In this document: in pieces, positions 46,712 to 56,558 of the stretch | How positions within the stretch are numbered: the first letter of the stretch is position 1 | Layout: every line of letters begins with the position of its first letter | Source of the DNA: Clostridiales bacterium | Lineage (GTDB): Bacteria > Bacillota > Clostridia > Oscillospirales > CAG-272 | Direction of reading: 5' to 3' | Length of the DNA stretch: 64,000 nucleotides | NCBI GenBank assembly: GCA_003150035.1 | Contig: QALR01000015.1 | Coordinates: 3,005 to 67,004, forward strand | Program-made: the position numbers and the translations under genes | Notes under the pieces: generated by a model | The model's database searches: none | What the model saw: the letters and a program-made list of their open reading frames with translations, nothing else | What the model was told of the DNA's origin: nothing

Positions 46712-47978
46712 ACGGAAAATCGCGGTTGTCGGCGGCGGTGCCGCCGGGATGACGGCCGCGGGACGCGCGGCGGAGCTTGGCTGCGACGTCACGATTTTCG
46801 AGCGAAACCCGTATCCGGGCAAAAAGCTCGGCATCACCGGGAAAGGCAGGTGCAATCTTACCAATGACTGCACACCCGAGGACTTCATCAAAAATGTAAC
46901 GGCAAACGGAAAATTCCTCTACTCCGCCATCCATCGCTTTTCTCCGTCCGACACGATGGCGTTCTTTGAGGGTCTTGGCGTGCCTCTGAAAACGGAACGC
47001 GGCAGACGGGTGTTTCCTGTCTCCGACCGTGCGGGCGACGTCGTGCTTGCCCTGAGACGATACTGCGCCTCCGGCGGATGCCGGATCCTGCATGAGCGCG
47101 TTACAGATCTGATTCGGAATGAGGACGGTGCTCTTTCCGGCGTATGCTGCGGAAATCGGCGCTTTGAGGGCTTTGACGCCGTGATTCTCAGCACGGGCGG
47201 CCTCTCCTATCCCGGAACCGGCTCGACCGGAGACGGTTATCGCCTGTCAGAATCGCTCGGACACACGATAATGCCTCCTATTCCCTCTCTTGTAGGACTG
47301 GAATCAGATGACCCGCTCCCACCGTCAGCGCAGGGATTATCTCTTAAAAACATAGCGGTCACAGTCACCGACACCGCTTCTGGAAAAGAAATTTTCCAGG
47401 ATTTCGGCGAGATGCTGTTCTGTCATTACGGAATCAGCGGTCCCGTTGTTCTCTCCGCCTCGGCGCATATGCGCCCGATGGAAAAGGACCGATACGTCGT
47501 CGCCATCGATCTCAAGCCCGCTCTCGATCGGGAAACGCTTGACCGCCGGCTGCTCTCGGATTTTGAAAAATTCAAAAACCGGGATTTTCGCCATGCCTTT
47601 GACGAATTGCTTCCCTCGAAGCTGCGGGAGCCCCTCGCCGTTCTTTGCGATGTTCCCCTCGAACAGAAAATCCATACCGTCACAAGAGAAAAACGGCGGC
47701 GTATCGTGTCGCTCCTCAAAGCGCTTCCCATCAGAATCACCGGCTTCCGTCCGATTGCGGAGGCAATCGTGACAAGCGGCGGCGTGCGGACCTCGGAAAT
47801 CGACCCGCATACCATGCGCTCGAAGCTCTGCTCCAATCTTTATTTTGCGGGCGAAATCATCGATCTCGACGCCTATACCGGCGGCTTCAATCTTCAAATT
47901 GCGTTTTCCACTGCGATGGCAGCAGCAAACGCAGCCGCCTCACAAGAAGGATTCAAAAGAAAGGAACCATCAAAATGA
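46704..47978 (+). CDS. HI0933/YhiN/BaiN-family FAD-dependent oxidoreductase
   Basis: IAVVGGGAAGMTAA, GKKLGITGKGRCNLTN, C-terminal GGFNLQ. Confidence 0.8.
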   Translation: MNKRKIAVVGGGAAGMTAAGRAAELGCDVTIFERNPYPGKKLGITGKGRCNLTNDCTPEDFIKNVTANGKFLYSAIHRFSPSDTMAFFEGLGVPLKTERGRRVFPVSDRAGDVVLALRRYCASGGCRILHERVTDLIRNEDGALSGVCCGNRRFEGFDAVILSTGGLSYPGTGSTGDGYRLSESLGHTIMPPIPSLVGLESDDPLPPSAQGLSLKNIAVTVTDTASGKEIFQDFGEMLFCHYGISGPVVLSASAHMRPMEKDRYVVAIDLKPALDRETLDRRLLSDFEKFKNRDFRHAFDELLPSKLREPLAVLCDVPLEQKIHTVTREKRRRIVSLLKALPIRITGFRPIAEAIVTSGGVRTSEIDPHTMRSKLCSNLYFAGEIIDLDAYTGGFNLQIAFSTAMAAANAAASQEGFKRKEPSK

Positions 47979-48646
47979 TCAGTATTGCCATCGACGGACC
48001 CTCCGGCGCCGGGAAAAGCACACTCGCCAAGGCCCTTGCCAAAGAACTCGGCTATATTCACACCGATACCGGCGCCCTTTACCGTACGGTAGGACTCGCC
48101 GTCCTGCGCGCCGGGGTCGCCCCCGACAATCGGGACGCGGTTATCGCCCTGCTCCCTCATATCGATATTTTACTGAGATATGAAGCCGACGGGCAAAAGA
48201 TTTACCTTGGCGGCGAAGAGGTCAGCGCTTTCATCCGGACCAATGAGATCTCCTCCTACGCCTCCAAGGTGTCCGCCATCCCCGAGGTAAGGACGTTTTT
48301 GCTTGACCTGCAACGCGGCATCGCAAAAGAAAACAACGTCATCATGGATGGTCGCGATATCGGGACCGTCATTCTTCCCAACGCCAAGGTCAAATTTTTT
48401 ATTACGGTCTCTGACGAGGAAAGAGCGCGCAGACGGCACCGTGAACTTCTCTCGCGCGGAGAGAATATCTCACTCGAAGAGGTGCGGCGCACGATGGCGG
48501 AGCGGGACAAAAACGACAGCACCAGAAAGGTAGCGCCTGCCATCCCCGCTCCCGACGCGGTATTTCTTGATAACACCGGAGATTTTTCCGAAACAGTAAG
48601 CCGTGCGCTTGCCATCATAAGGAGCAAAACCGAAAGCCATGAATAA
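47975..48646 (+). CDS. cmk: Cytidylate kinase
   Basis: IAIDGPSGAGKST...DTGALYR. The ATG overlaps the previous stop (ATGA); the 333-aa track ORF is only an open upstream frame. Confidence 0.9.
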   Translation: MISIAIDGPSGAGKSTLAKALAKELGYIHTDTGALYRTVGLAVLRAGVAPDNRDAVIALLPHIDILLRYEADGQKIYLGGEEVSAFIRTNEISSYASKVSAIPEVRTFLLDLQRGIAKENNVIMDGRDIGTVILPNAKVKFFITVSDEERARRRHRELLSRGENISLEEVRRTMAERDKNDSTRKVAPAIPAPDAVFLDNTGDFSETVSRALAIIRSKTESHE

Positions 48647-49268
48647 GCTGTATCGCTTTCTGCAGATTTTTTTAAGACCGTTTTACCGGATTTTTTTCAG
48701 GATGCGGGTCATCGGCAGAGAAAATGAGCTTGTCTGCGGTCCCTGCATTATCTGCGCCAACCACATCAGCATGCATGACATCTTTCTCATCGCCATGAAT
48801 CTGAAACGGCAGATTTTCTTTTTTGCGAAAAAGGAGCTCTTCCGCAATCCCCTCCTTGCCAAAATTCTGCGCAGCTTCGGGACCATCTCCGTTTCGCGCG
48901 GGACGGCGGATGTCCACGCCATCGAAGAGGTTCTTGACGTTCTGAAGTCGGGCGGGTATATCGGGCTTTTTCCTCAGGGCACACGCATGCCGGGAAAGGT
49001 GCCATCCCCGGCGGACGCCAAAAGCGGCGTGGGACTTATGGCATACCGAGCAAAAAGCAACGTCTTGCCCGTTTATATTCAGACCAAAAACAACCGCATC
49101 CGTCTTTTCCGCAGAGTTACGGTCATTATCGGCAAACCGATTTTATATGAGGAGCTGGGCTTTTCCCGCGGCAATATCGCGGAATACAATGCGGCAGCGA
49201 GAATGATTTTCGAAAGAATCTGTGCGCTTGGCGCGGCCAAGGAGGCAGAAGATGTCAAAAATCATTAA
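48639..49268 (+). CDS. plsC: 1-acyl-sn-glycerol-3-phosphate acyltransferase
   Basis: NHISMHD (the HX4D motif) and FPQGTR. Confidence 0.85.
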   Translation: MNKLYRFLQIFLRPFYRIFFRMRVIGRENELVCGPCIICANHISMHDIFLIAMNLKRQIFFFAKKELFRNPLLAKILRSFGTISVSRGTADVHAIEEVLDVLKSGGYIGLFPQGTRMPGKVPSPADAKSGVGLMAYRAKSNVLPVYIQTKNNRIRLFRRVTVIIGKPILYEELGFSRGNIAEYNAAARMIFERICALGAAKEAEDVKNH

Positions 49269-51264
49269 AACGGCTAAGTACGCCGGCTTCTGCTTTGGTG
49301 TAAAACGCGCCGTTGACACGGTATTTGCCTGTGCGGATTCCCGGCCGGATGCCGCTATCTACACCGTTGGAGAGCTGATTCACAATCCGACCGTCATACG
49401 GCGGCTTTCCGAAATGGGCGTTCATACGATAGAGGAGGCGGAAATAGACGCTATGCTTGGGAGCGCCCCGCCCCGTTCAGTTTTTGTTATCCGGACGCAC
49501 GGCGTTCCCCGCCTTGTAAAAGAAAAGCTTATGTGCTTTACCCAGAACCATCCCGAAGCGGAAATCCTGGATATGACCTGCCCTTTTGTCGCTAAAATCT
49601 ATCATATTATGGAGAAACATACCGGAGAGGATACCTTCACCATACTGCTTGGAGACGCGCGCCATCCGGAAATCATCGGAATTTCTAGCTATATCAAAGG
49701 CGCATACCGGGTATACGCAAATTTTGATGAAATGAAATCCGCTTTCGATTGTGAAGAATTACATGAATTTGAATCTAAACGGATAATTTTGGCTTCTCAA
49801 ACAACACATCATTTGTCGGATTATCAAAAAACAAAAAAATTTCTTGAAAACCTATATACAAACGGTTTATTTTTTGATACAATATGTAATGTTACGGAAA
49901 CGCGGCAAATCGAGGTCGACAAGCTATCGCATGAATGCGATGCCATGTTGGTTGTCGGCAGTCAAAAAAGCTCCAATACAAAAAAGCTCTTCGAGATCAG
50001 CCGGAAAAATTGTCCTTCGACCTATCTTGTCGAATCAGCCGCCGATATTCCGGGAAACATAAAAGCGATGACCGGCACCATCGGCATCGCGGCCGGCGCC
50101 TCAACGCCCGGCTACATAATAGAGGAGGTACAAAACACCATGAGCGAACAGGAAAACTTCGCACAGCTTCTTGATGAATCTTTCAAATCTTTAAATACAG
50201 GAGACACCGTCCGGGGCGTTGTTACCTCGGTTTCCGGCACCGAAGTCCATGTGGATATCGGTCAGAAGGTTACCGGCATTCTCACGCTGGAAAACGTGAC
50301 GGATGACCCGCAGGCAAAGCTGGAAGATCTGTTTAAAATCGGCGATGAGGTAGAAGCTATCGCCATCCGCGTCAGCGATCTCGACGGAATCGCTATGCTC
50401 TCCAAAAAGAAGATCGACGCAAAGAACAACTGGGAAAAAGTCGTGCAGGCCAAAGAATCCGGAGAGGTTCTGGAGGGAAAAGTGATCGAGGCCGTGAAGG
50501 GCGGCATCATTGTTTATGCGTTGGGTCAAAAGATTTTCATCCCTGCTTCCCAGACGCCCGTTCCGAAAGATGCGGATCTTTCTTCTCTTGTCGGAACCAC
50601 GCAGAAATTTAAAATTATCGATCTCAAAGAACAGCGCCGCCGCGCCGTCGGCTCGATTCGGGTAGTGGCCAGAGAGGAAAGAAAAGCACAGCTTGAAAAA
50701 TTCTGGTCCGAAATCGAAGTCGGCAAGCATTACACGGGCAAGGTCAAAAGTCTTACTTCTTACGGCGCGTTCGTTGATCTCGGCGGGATCGATGGGATGG
50801 TCCACATTTCGGAGCTTTCTTGGCTCAGAGCCGTAAGCCCCAAAGATGTCGTTTCCGTCGGCGATACGCTTGAGGTTTTTGTCAAAGAGTTTGACCGTGA
50901 GAAAAACCGGATTTCTCTCGGTTATAAAACCGAAGAAACCAATCCATGGAAGCTTTTCACAGAAAAGTATCAGGTGGATGATGCCGTCCCCGTCACGATC
51001 GTTTCTATGATGCCTTTCGGCGCGTTTGCCCAGATCATTCCGGGCGTTGACGGACTCATTCACATTTCGCAGATCGCCGACCGCAAGCTCGCAAGCCCTT
51101 CCGAGGTACTGAAAAAGGGACAGGTTGTGGATGCGAAAATCACCGACATCGATATGGATAATCAGAAGGTAAGCCTTTCGATCCGGGCGCTTCTTGGCAA
51201 GGATACGGGGGACGCAACAGAAGAAGACATCGCCGCTTATACGGCCGGCGAGCAGGCGGAATAA
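49252..51264 (+). CDS. ispH: Bifunctional 4-hydroxy-3-methylbut-2-enyl diphosphate reductase / ribosomal protein S1-like (IspH fused to four S1 domains)
   Basis: IspH part (GFCFGVKRAV, HNP, SSNT). It is followed by repeated S1 OB-fold units (G.V..V...G..V.IG.). Confidence 0.88.
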   Translation: MSKIIKTAKYAGFCFGVKRAVDTVFACADSRPDAAIYTVGELIHNPTVIRRLSEMGVHTIEEAEIDAMLGSAPPRSVFVIRTHGVPRLVKEKLMCFTQNHPEAEILDMTCPFVAKIYHIMEKHTGEDTFTILLGDARHPEIIGISSYIKGAYRVYANFDEMKSAFDCEELHEFESKRIILASQTTHHLSDYQKTKKFLENLYTNGLFFDTICNVTETRQIEVDKLSHECDAMLVVGSQKSSNTKKLFEISRKNCPSTYLVESAADIPGNIKAMTGTIGIAAGASTPGYIIEEVQNTMSEQENFAQLLDESFKSLNTGDTVRGVVTSVSGTEVHVDIGQKVTGILTLENVTDDPQAKLEDLFKIGDEVEAIAIRVSDLDGIAMLSKKKIDAKNNWEKVVQAKESGEVLEGKVIEAVKGGIIVYALGQKIFIPASQTPVPKDADLSSLVGTTQKFKIIDLKEQRRRAVGSIRVVAREERKAQLEKFWSEIEVGKHYTGKVKSLTSYGAFVDLGGIDGMVHISELSWLRAVSPKDVVSVGDTLEVFVKEFDREKNRISLGYKTEETNPWKLFTEKYQVDDAVPVTIVSMMPFGAFAQIIPGVDGLIHISQIADRKLASPSEVLKKGQVVDAKITDIDMDNQKVSLSIRALLGKDTGDATEEDIAAYTAGEQAE

Positions 51265-51286
51265 GCCGCAGAAAACCAGCACTTTT

Positions 51287-51326
51287 AAGAGACAAGGTGG
51301 AAATTTCACCTTGTCTCTTTTATTTT
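51287..51326 (+). terminator. Intrinsic terminator
   Basis: AAGAGACAAGGTG-7 nt-CACCTTGTCTCTT hairpin followed by TTATTTT. Confidence 0.85.
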
Positions 51327-51415
51327 ATGATTCTGTATTGACAAAATTGGCATTACATGATATGATGAGTGATAGAATTCATCTTTTATTTTCATTTATA
51401 TCTCGGAGGTATATC

Positions 51416-51910
51416 ATGAAACGCATACTGAGCGCAGCACTTGTTCTCACACTTCTCTGCTCTTGCCTTCTTTGCGGATGCAGTTTATTTCAAGCATCGC
51501 CCAAAACATTTACCAAATCGGGCATGAGCATCACACTCACCGACGACTTTACGGAACGGGATTATGTAAGCTACACCGCGGTCTACGACTCTCAGTACGT
51601 CGCCATCTTCGCCATAAAAGAAGAATTTTCCCTGTTTGACGGCACTGCATTAGGAGAAAATTCCACCACCGAGGACTATGCGAATGTCGTCATCGAGGGA
51701 TATGAACTCGATGCTGAACCGGAGGAAATCGACGGTATGACAACATTCCGTTATGACGCCGAAAGCAACGGTGACACCTACACCTACCTTGCTGTCATCT
51801 ATAAGAGCGATGATGCCTTTTGGATGATACAGTTTGCCACGAAAGCCGATAATTTCGAGGAGCAGGAGGACAATATTTTAACTTACGCCAAATCGGTTGC
51901 CTTTGAATAA
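51416..51910 (+). CDS. Lipoprotein, function unknown
   Basis: MKRILSAALVLTLLCSCLLCGC signal peptide plus lipobox. RBS GGAGG. Confidence 0.6.
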   Translation: MKRILSAALVLTLLCSCLLCGCSLFQASPKTFTKSGMSITLTDDFTERDYVSYTAVYDSQYVAIFAIKEEFSLFDGTALGENSTTEDYANVVIEGYELDAEPEEIDGMTTFRYDAESNGDTYTYLAVIYKSDDAFWMIQFATKADNFEEQEDNILTYAKSVAFE

Positions 51911-51950
51911 CAAAGCAACATAATATTTTCTCCCCTCTTGTGTTTTTCAG

Positions 51951-51991
51951 CGGGGCATATCTTTTCGGGATATGCCCCGTTTCTTTATTTT
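51951..51991 (+). terminator. Intrinsic terminator
   Basis: CGGGGCATATC-loop-GATATGCCCCG hairpin followed by TTTCTTTATTTT. Confidence 0.85.
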
Positions 51992-52098
51992 AAATTCGAT
52001 CGCCCGCCACGCCGAAACGCGCCTCTTCATTTGTGAAAATTTGGTCAAAAAAGCATGAATAAAATTTGAAAAAAATACGTTTTTTTCCGAAAAAGCTA

Positions 52099-52127
52099 TT
52101 GCATTTTGCTCTGTGTTCCTTTATAAT
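52099..52127 (+). promoter_or_regulatory. Candidate dcw (mraZ) promoter
   Basis: TTGCAT, 17 nt, TATAAT. Confidence 0.6.
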
Positions 52128-52137
52128 GATAGTACAA

Positions 52138-52193
52138 GTGGTTAATTGTGGTGGAAAGTGGAGGTTTTCCACAGTTTCCACGGAGTTTTCCAC
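52138..52193. promoter_or_regulatory. Array of GTGG / CCAC repeats just downstream of the mraZ promoter (candidate MraZ operator)
   Basis: GTGG at 52138, 52148, 52151 and 52158 (including AAAGTGG). Three TTTCCAC units follow at 52166-72, 52175-81 and 52187-93. Confidence 0.5.
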
Positions 52194-52227
52194 AATCGTA
52201 TTCCCTGTCAGAAAGGACGGTGAAATT

Positions 52228-52647
52228 ATGTTTCTCGGTCAGTATGCGCATACCGTAGACGCCAAAGGCCGCGTTTTTGTCCCGGCAAAATACCGCGAAG
52301 AGCTCGGCGACACGTTTGTGATTACGCGCGGGACCGCAAAATGTATCACCGTCTATCCGATGGCGGAATGGGAAAAATTCACCGCTAAAATCGAAGAGCT
52401 GCCGCAGGCACAGGCCGTAAAAATCCGGCGTTTCATCTTCGGGAACGCATCGGACGTCACGGTGGATGCACAAGGCCGCATCAACATCGTGCAAAACCTG
52501 CGGGACTATGCCGGAATTGACAAAAACGCCGTGATTCTTGGGCTTGGTTCTTATCTGGAAATCTGGTCCGAGGAGGCTTGGAAAACGGAAAGCGAGCTAG
52601 AAAGCTCCGAGGAAATCGAGGACCTCATGGTCGCGCTCGGCTGTTAA
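52228..52647 (+). CDS. mraZ: Transcriptional regulator MraZ
   Basis: [23 protein letters not shown] and a second SpoVT-AbrB half ([13 protein letters not shown]). Confidence 0.92.
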   Translation: MFLGQYAHTVDAKGRVFVPAKYREELGDTFVITRGTAKCITVYPMAEWEKFTAKIEELPQAQAVKIRRFIFGNASDVTVDAQGRINIVQNLRDYAGIDKNAVILGLGSYLEIWSEEAWKTESELESSEEIEDLMVALGC

Positions 52648-52661
52648 TCCGGAGGAACAAA

Positions 52662-53606
52662 ATGAGCGACAACTATTCTCATACCTCCGTTCTGCTCTCC
52701 GAGGCAGTCGAAGCGTTGGACATCAAGCCCCACGGCATCTATGTGGACTGTACGCTCGGCGGCGGCGGTCATGCAGAGGAAATTGCAAGGCGGCTCGAGG
52801 GCGGGCTTCTCATCGGTATCGATCAGGACGAGGCGGCCATTCGAACCTCCGAATCAAGGCTTGCGGAATATCGGGACAGGCTCCGGCTCGTCAAGGATAA
52901 TTTCTCCCATATAGACGAGGTTCTGAACGCACTCGGAATTTGCCGCATCGACGGCGCGCTGCTCGACCTTGGCGTTTCCTCCTATCAGCTTGACACGCCG
53001 GAGCGAGGCTTTTCCTACAACACCTGCGCGCCGCTCGACATGAGGATGAATACGGACGCGCCGCTTTCTGCCTATGACGTGGTCAACACCTATTCGGAAG
53101 ATGAGCTGCGCCGCATCCTTTTTGATTACGGCGAAGAGCCCGGTGCAGGACGTATTGCCGCCGCCATTGTAAAAGCAAGAGAGACACATCCTATCGAGAC
53201 GACCGGAGAGCTAGTAGAAATCATCAAAAGCGTCACGCCCAAAAAGCTTCTCGCTGTCGGACATCATCCGGCAAAGAAAACGTTTCAAGCCATTCGCATT
53301 GAAGTCAACGGGGAGCTTTCCGTCCTGGAGCCGACGCTTTCCAAAATCACAGAACGCTTAAATCCCGGCGGCAGGCTCGCGGTCATTACTTTTCATTCTT
53401 TGGAGGATAGGCAGGTCAAGCGCACATTTGCGGAGCTTTCAGCAGGCTGCATCTGTCCGCCGTCCTACCCCGTCTGTATATGCGGCAAAAAGCCAAAAAT
53501 CAAAATTCTTACAAAAAAGCCGATTCTTCCGAGCGAAGAAGAATTGGCAGCGAACCATCGGTCACACAGCGCAAAGCTGCGGGTCGCGGAAAAGCTAGAG
53601 GGATAA
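52662..53606 (+). CDS. rsmH: 16S rRNA (cytosine1402-N4)-methyltransferase
   Basis: [36 protein letters not shown]. Confidence 0.92.
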   Translation: MSDNYSHTSVLLSEAVEALDIKPHGIYVDCTLGGGGHAEEIARRLEGGLLIGIDQDEAAIRTSESRLAEYRDRLRLVKDNFSHIDEVLNALGICRIDGALLDLGVSSYQLDTPERGFSYNTCAPLDMRMNTDAPLSAYDVVNTYSEDELRRILFDYGEEPGAGRIAAAIVKARETHPIETTGELVEIIKSVTPKKLLAVGHHPAKKTFQAIRIEVNGELSVLEPTLSKITERLNPGGRLAVITFHSLEDRQVKRTFAELSAGCICPPSYPVCICGKKPKIKILTKKPILPSEEELAANHRSHSAKLRVAEKLEG

Positions 53607-53610
53607 GAAC

Positions 53611-54012
53611 ATGAAATCCGGAAGTGCGCCAAAACAAAAGGGGCAGAACGCCCTCCTCGTTTTGCTGCGAGATATTTTTACCGGCGGAAAGGGCTATCGT
53701 ACGATAAAGGGCGACAAAACGCCGTTCCCCACGACGATCGTGCTCTGTGCCGCCGCGGTAACCGTATTGTTTCTCGCCTTGGTGTTCGCTCTCATCCGGG
53801 TATCCGCCATATCGGCCGAAATCGCGGATATGAAAAAAGAGATTGTCGGGCTCGCCTCCGAGGAAGATACTCTGCAGGGTGAACTCAATCGTAAATATTC
53901 TTTTGAAGAAATCGAGAACACGGCAGGGGAACTCGGGCTTTCCAACGAGGGTGGGCAGACAATCATATTAGACGACACCATCCAGGAAACAGCAGAGCAA
54001 ACCGAGTCATAG
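53611..54012 (+). CDS. ftsL: Cell division protein FtsL-like (single TM helix plus coiled coil)
   Basis: Position between rsmH and the PBP gene. TM helix IVLCAAAVTVLFLALVFALI followed by a heptad-like segment. Confidence 0.6.
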   Translation: MKSGSAPKQKGQNALLVLLRDIFTGGKGYRTIKGDKTPFPTTIVLCAAAVTVLFLALVFALIRVSAISAEIADMKKEIVGLASEEDTLQGELNRKYSFEEIENTAGELGLSNEGGQTIILDDTIQETAEQTES

Positions 54013-54224
54013 CTTAACCCAAGACAGAATCTATTCAAGTTTTTTGAATACAAAAACTAAGAAATTCGCTGATTTTTTCAATTTCATGAGGAAAAAAGCA
54101 TAAAATTTCCGCAAAAAAATATAATGAATTACCGGCGTAAGGGAAATAACGCAGGAAAAGAGCGCCGCTTTCCTTACGATCGACGGAAAAAGTTACTATT
54201 CGGGCGAAAGGAATCGAGCCATTT

Positions 54225-56486
54225 ATGCAAAAAGGCAAAGAATTCGGTTCATCCAAACCAAGCTCGATCATCGGCAGGCCGTCTCGCACTATCCGTGTGA
54301 GGTCTTTCGTACTTTTTTCCGTGTGTACATTTTTTGCCGCCATTATCATCGGCAGACTTTTTTATCTGCAAATCATAAAACACGGGGATTACAGACGGCT
54401 CGTGCTCGAGCAAATGGTTTATGAAACCACCATCACCGCGAAGCGGGGACAAATCACGGACAGAAACGGTGTCGTGCTCGCCGCCAATTATACGACTGAG
54501 CGTATTTTTATCGATCCGCACGTTATGGAGGACGACGCAGAACGCCGGCTTGTAGCCGAGGGTCTTTCAGAAATTCTGGACGTCGATTATGATTTTGTTT
54601 ACGGAGAAGCACAGAAAACACAGTACCGCGATAGAACCATCAAAAGAAACGTGGAAAAGGAAACGGCAGACGAGGTGCGGCAATTTATTATTGACAATGA
54701 CCTTTCCTCGATCCACCTTGTGGAAACTACGAGCCGGGTTTATCCTTTCGGGACACTGGCCTCTCATGTCATCGGCTTCTGCGGCGCAGACGGCGGGCGA
54801 TATGGATTGGAATATCAATATGATACCGCTCTGTCCGGCACCTCCGGCAAAATCCTCTCCGCAAAAGATGGCACCGGCGGTTCTATGCCATACAATTATG
54901 AAACTTACATCGATGCCGAAAACGGCGCCAATCTTGTCACTACGATTGATTACAAAATCCAAAGCTTCCTCGAAAAATATTTGGAGGAGGCAGCCATTGA
55001 ATCCGGCTGTGAGGCACGTGCCTGCGGCATTGTGATGGATCCTAGCACGGGCGAGATTTACGCCATGGCGACTTATCCTTATTTTGATCTCAACGATCCA
55101 TACACGCTCCCGGATTATTACGACGACGCACTTGTCAGCTATGCCGCGGAATATGGCGAGGACTCCGAGGAATATCAAAAATACGCATCCAACTTGATGT
55201 TTTCTATGTGGAACAACAAGTGTCTGACAGAAACCTACGAGCCGGGTTCCACCTCCAAGATTTTCACGACCTCTATGGCTCTGGAGGAAAATCTTACCAC
55301 CGTGACAGAACGCTTTACCTGTACCGGCTCCTATATGGTAAGCGGTTGGTCCCGTCCAATTCGCTGTCATAAAACCACGGGGCATGGTGTGCTGACCTTC
55401 GCCGAAGGACTGCAGCAATCCTGCAACCCCGTCATGATGAGGCTTGCGGAACGCATCGGGATTTCTACCTTCTGCCATTACTTTTCCTCTTTCGGACTTG
55501 ACTCCAAAACAGGGATTGATCTCCCCGGAGAGGCCGGATCTATTTATACCAAAGAAGAGGATATGACGGGTGTAGACCTTGCTGTTTATTCCTTTGGTCA
55601 GCGTTATAACGTAACGGCGCTCCAACAGATTACGGCAGTCGCCGCCGTCGCGAACGGAGGGACTCTGGTCACCCCCCATGTGGTTAAGGAAATTGTCGAC
55701 GATGACGGCAACGTACTCGCATCCTTTGGCACGAACGTTGTGCGTCAGGTCATCAGCGAGGAGACCGCCGCCACCATCAGTCAAATTCTCGAAGAAGGCG
55801 TATCCGGAAACGGAGGTGCAAAAAACGCCTATGTCAAAGGCTACTCCGTAGCGGCAAAAACCGGTACCTCCGAAAAAGGAACTGGCAACAACAAGAGAAT
55901 TGCTTCTACCGTCGCTTACGCGCCTGCGGATGATCCCCAGGTCGTCTGCATCATCATCGTAGACGAACCGACCATCGGCTCCATTTACGGAAGCACAGTC
56001 GCGGCGCCTTATGTATCCAAGCTGCTTGCCGATGTCCTTCCCTATCTTGGAATCGAGCCGGAATACACCGAGGCAGAGCTTGCCACGATGGAAATGGATC
56101 TTCCGAACTTCCGCGGCATGTCGCTTGACGAGGCTATCAGCCGCTTAAATTCCTCGGGACTTTCTTACGAGATTGTCGGAGATGGAACTAGCGTTATCAG
56201 TCAGGTTCCGACATCTGGCAGCACGCTTTCCAAGGAAAACGGAAAAGTCATTCTCTATACCAGCGACACCGCCGCCGAAAAAACGGCTGTGGTTCCCAAT
56301 ATTATTGGAAAAACTGCCGCACAGGCAAACAAAGCCTTAACAGATGCCGGCTTCAACATCCATCTGACAGGAGCGACCGGCGGCACAGGAGCCGTCGCGG
56401 TCAGTCAGTCTCTCCCCGCCGGAACGATAACATCGAAGGGAACCGTCATCGTCGTGGATTTCCGGCATATGGATACTGCCGATTAG
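54225..56486 (+). CDS. Class B penicillin-binding transpeptidase with two PASTA domains (FtsI/PBP2B/SpoVD family)
   Basis: TM anchor, dimerisation domain, STSK (SxxK), SCN and KTGT motifs, C-terminal PASTA repeats. Confidence 0.9.
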   Translation: MQKGKEFGSSKPSSIIGRPSRTIRVRSFVLFSVCTFFAAIIIGRLFYLQIIKHGDYRRLVLEQMVYETTITAKRGQITDRNGVVLAANYTTERIFIDPHVMEDDAERRLVAEGLSEILDVDYDFVYGEAQKTQYRDRTIKRNVEKETADEVRQFIIDNDLSSIHLVETTSRVYPFGTLASHVIGFCGADGGRYGLEYQYDTALSGTSGKILSAKDGTGGSMPYNYETYIDAENGANLVTTIDYKIQSFLEKYLEEAAIESGCEARACGIVMDPSTGEIYAMATYPYFDLNDPYTLPDYYDDALVSYAAEYGEDSEEYQKYASNLMFSMWNNKCLTETYEPGSTSKIFTTSMALEENLTTVTERFTCTGSYMVSGWSRPIRCHKTTGHGVLTFAEGLQQSCNPVMMRLAERIGISTFCHYFSSFGLDSKTGIDLPGEAGSIYTKEEDMTGVDLAVYSFGQRYNVTALQQITAVAAVANGGTLVTPHVVKEIVDDDGNVLASFGTNVVRQVISEETAATISQILEEGVSGNGGAKNAYVKGYSVAAKTGTSEKGTGNNKRIASTVAYAPADDPQVVCIIIVDEPTIGSIYGSTVAAPYVSKLLADVLPYLGIEPEYTEAELATMEMDLPNFRGMSLDEAISRLNSSGLSYEIVGDGTSVISQVPTSGSTLSKENGKVILYTSDTAAEKTAVVPNIIGKTAAQANKALTDAGFNIHLTGATGGTGAVAVSQSLPAGTITSKGTVIVVDFRHMDTAD

Positions 56487-56558
56487 CGGCACGCAAGACA
56501 AAAGGAAGTACGCAAAAACCGGACGTTGCATGTAAAAATTTCGTGTTCCGGAGGGCTT

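Noticed and set aside
47645-47974. Upstream extensions of track ORFs. Examples: cmk from 47645, ribF from 18704, murG from 61369, mraZ from 52066, rsmH from 52578, the lipoprotein from 51194, ispH from 49222, E1 from 31764, and the sigma factor up to 17263.
   Set aside because: These extensions overlap the preceding gene or an intergenic promoter or terminator. In each case the conserved N-terminal motif of the family begins at an internal ATG or GTG with a proper RBS.
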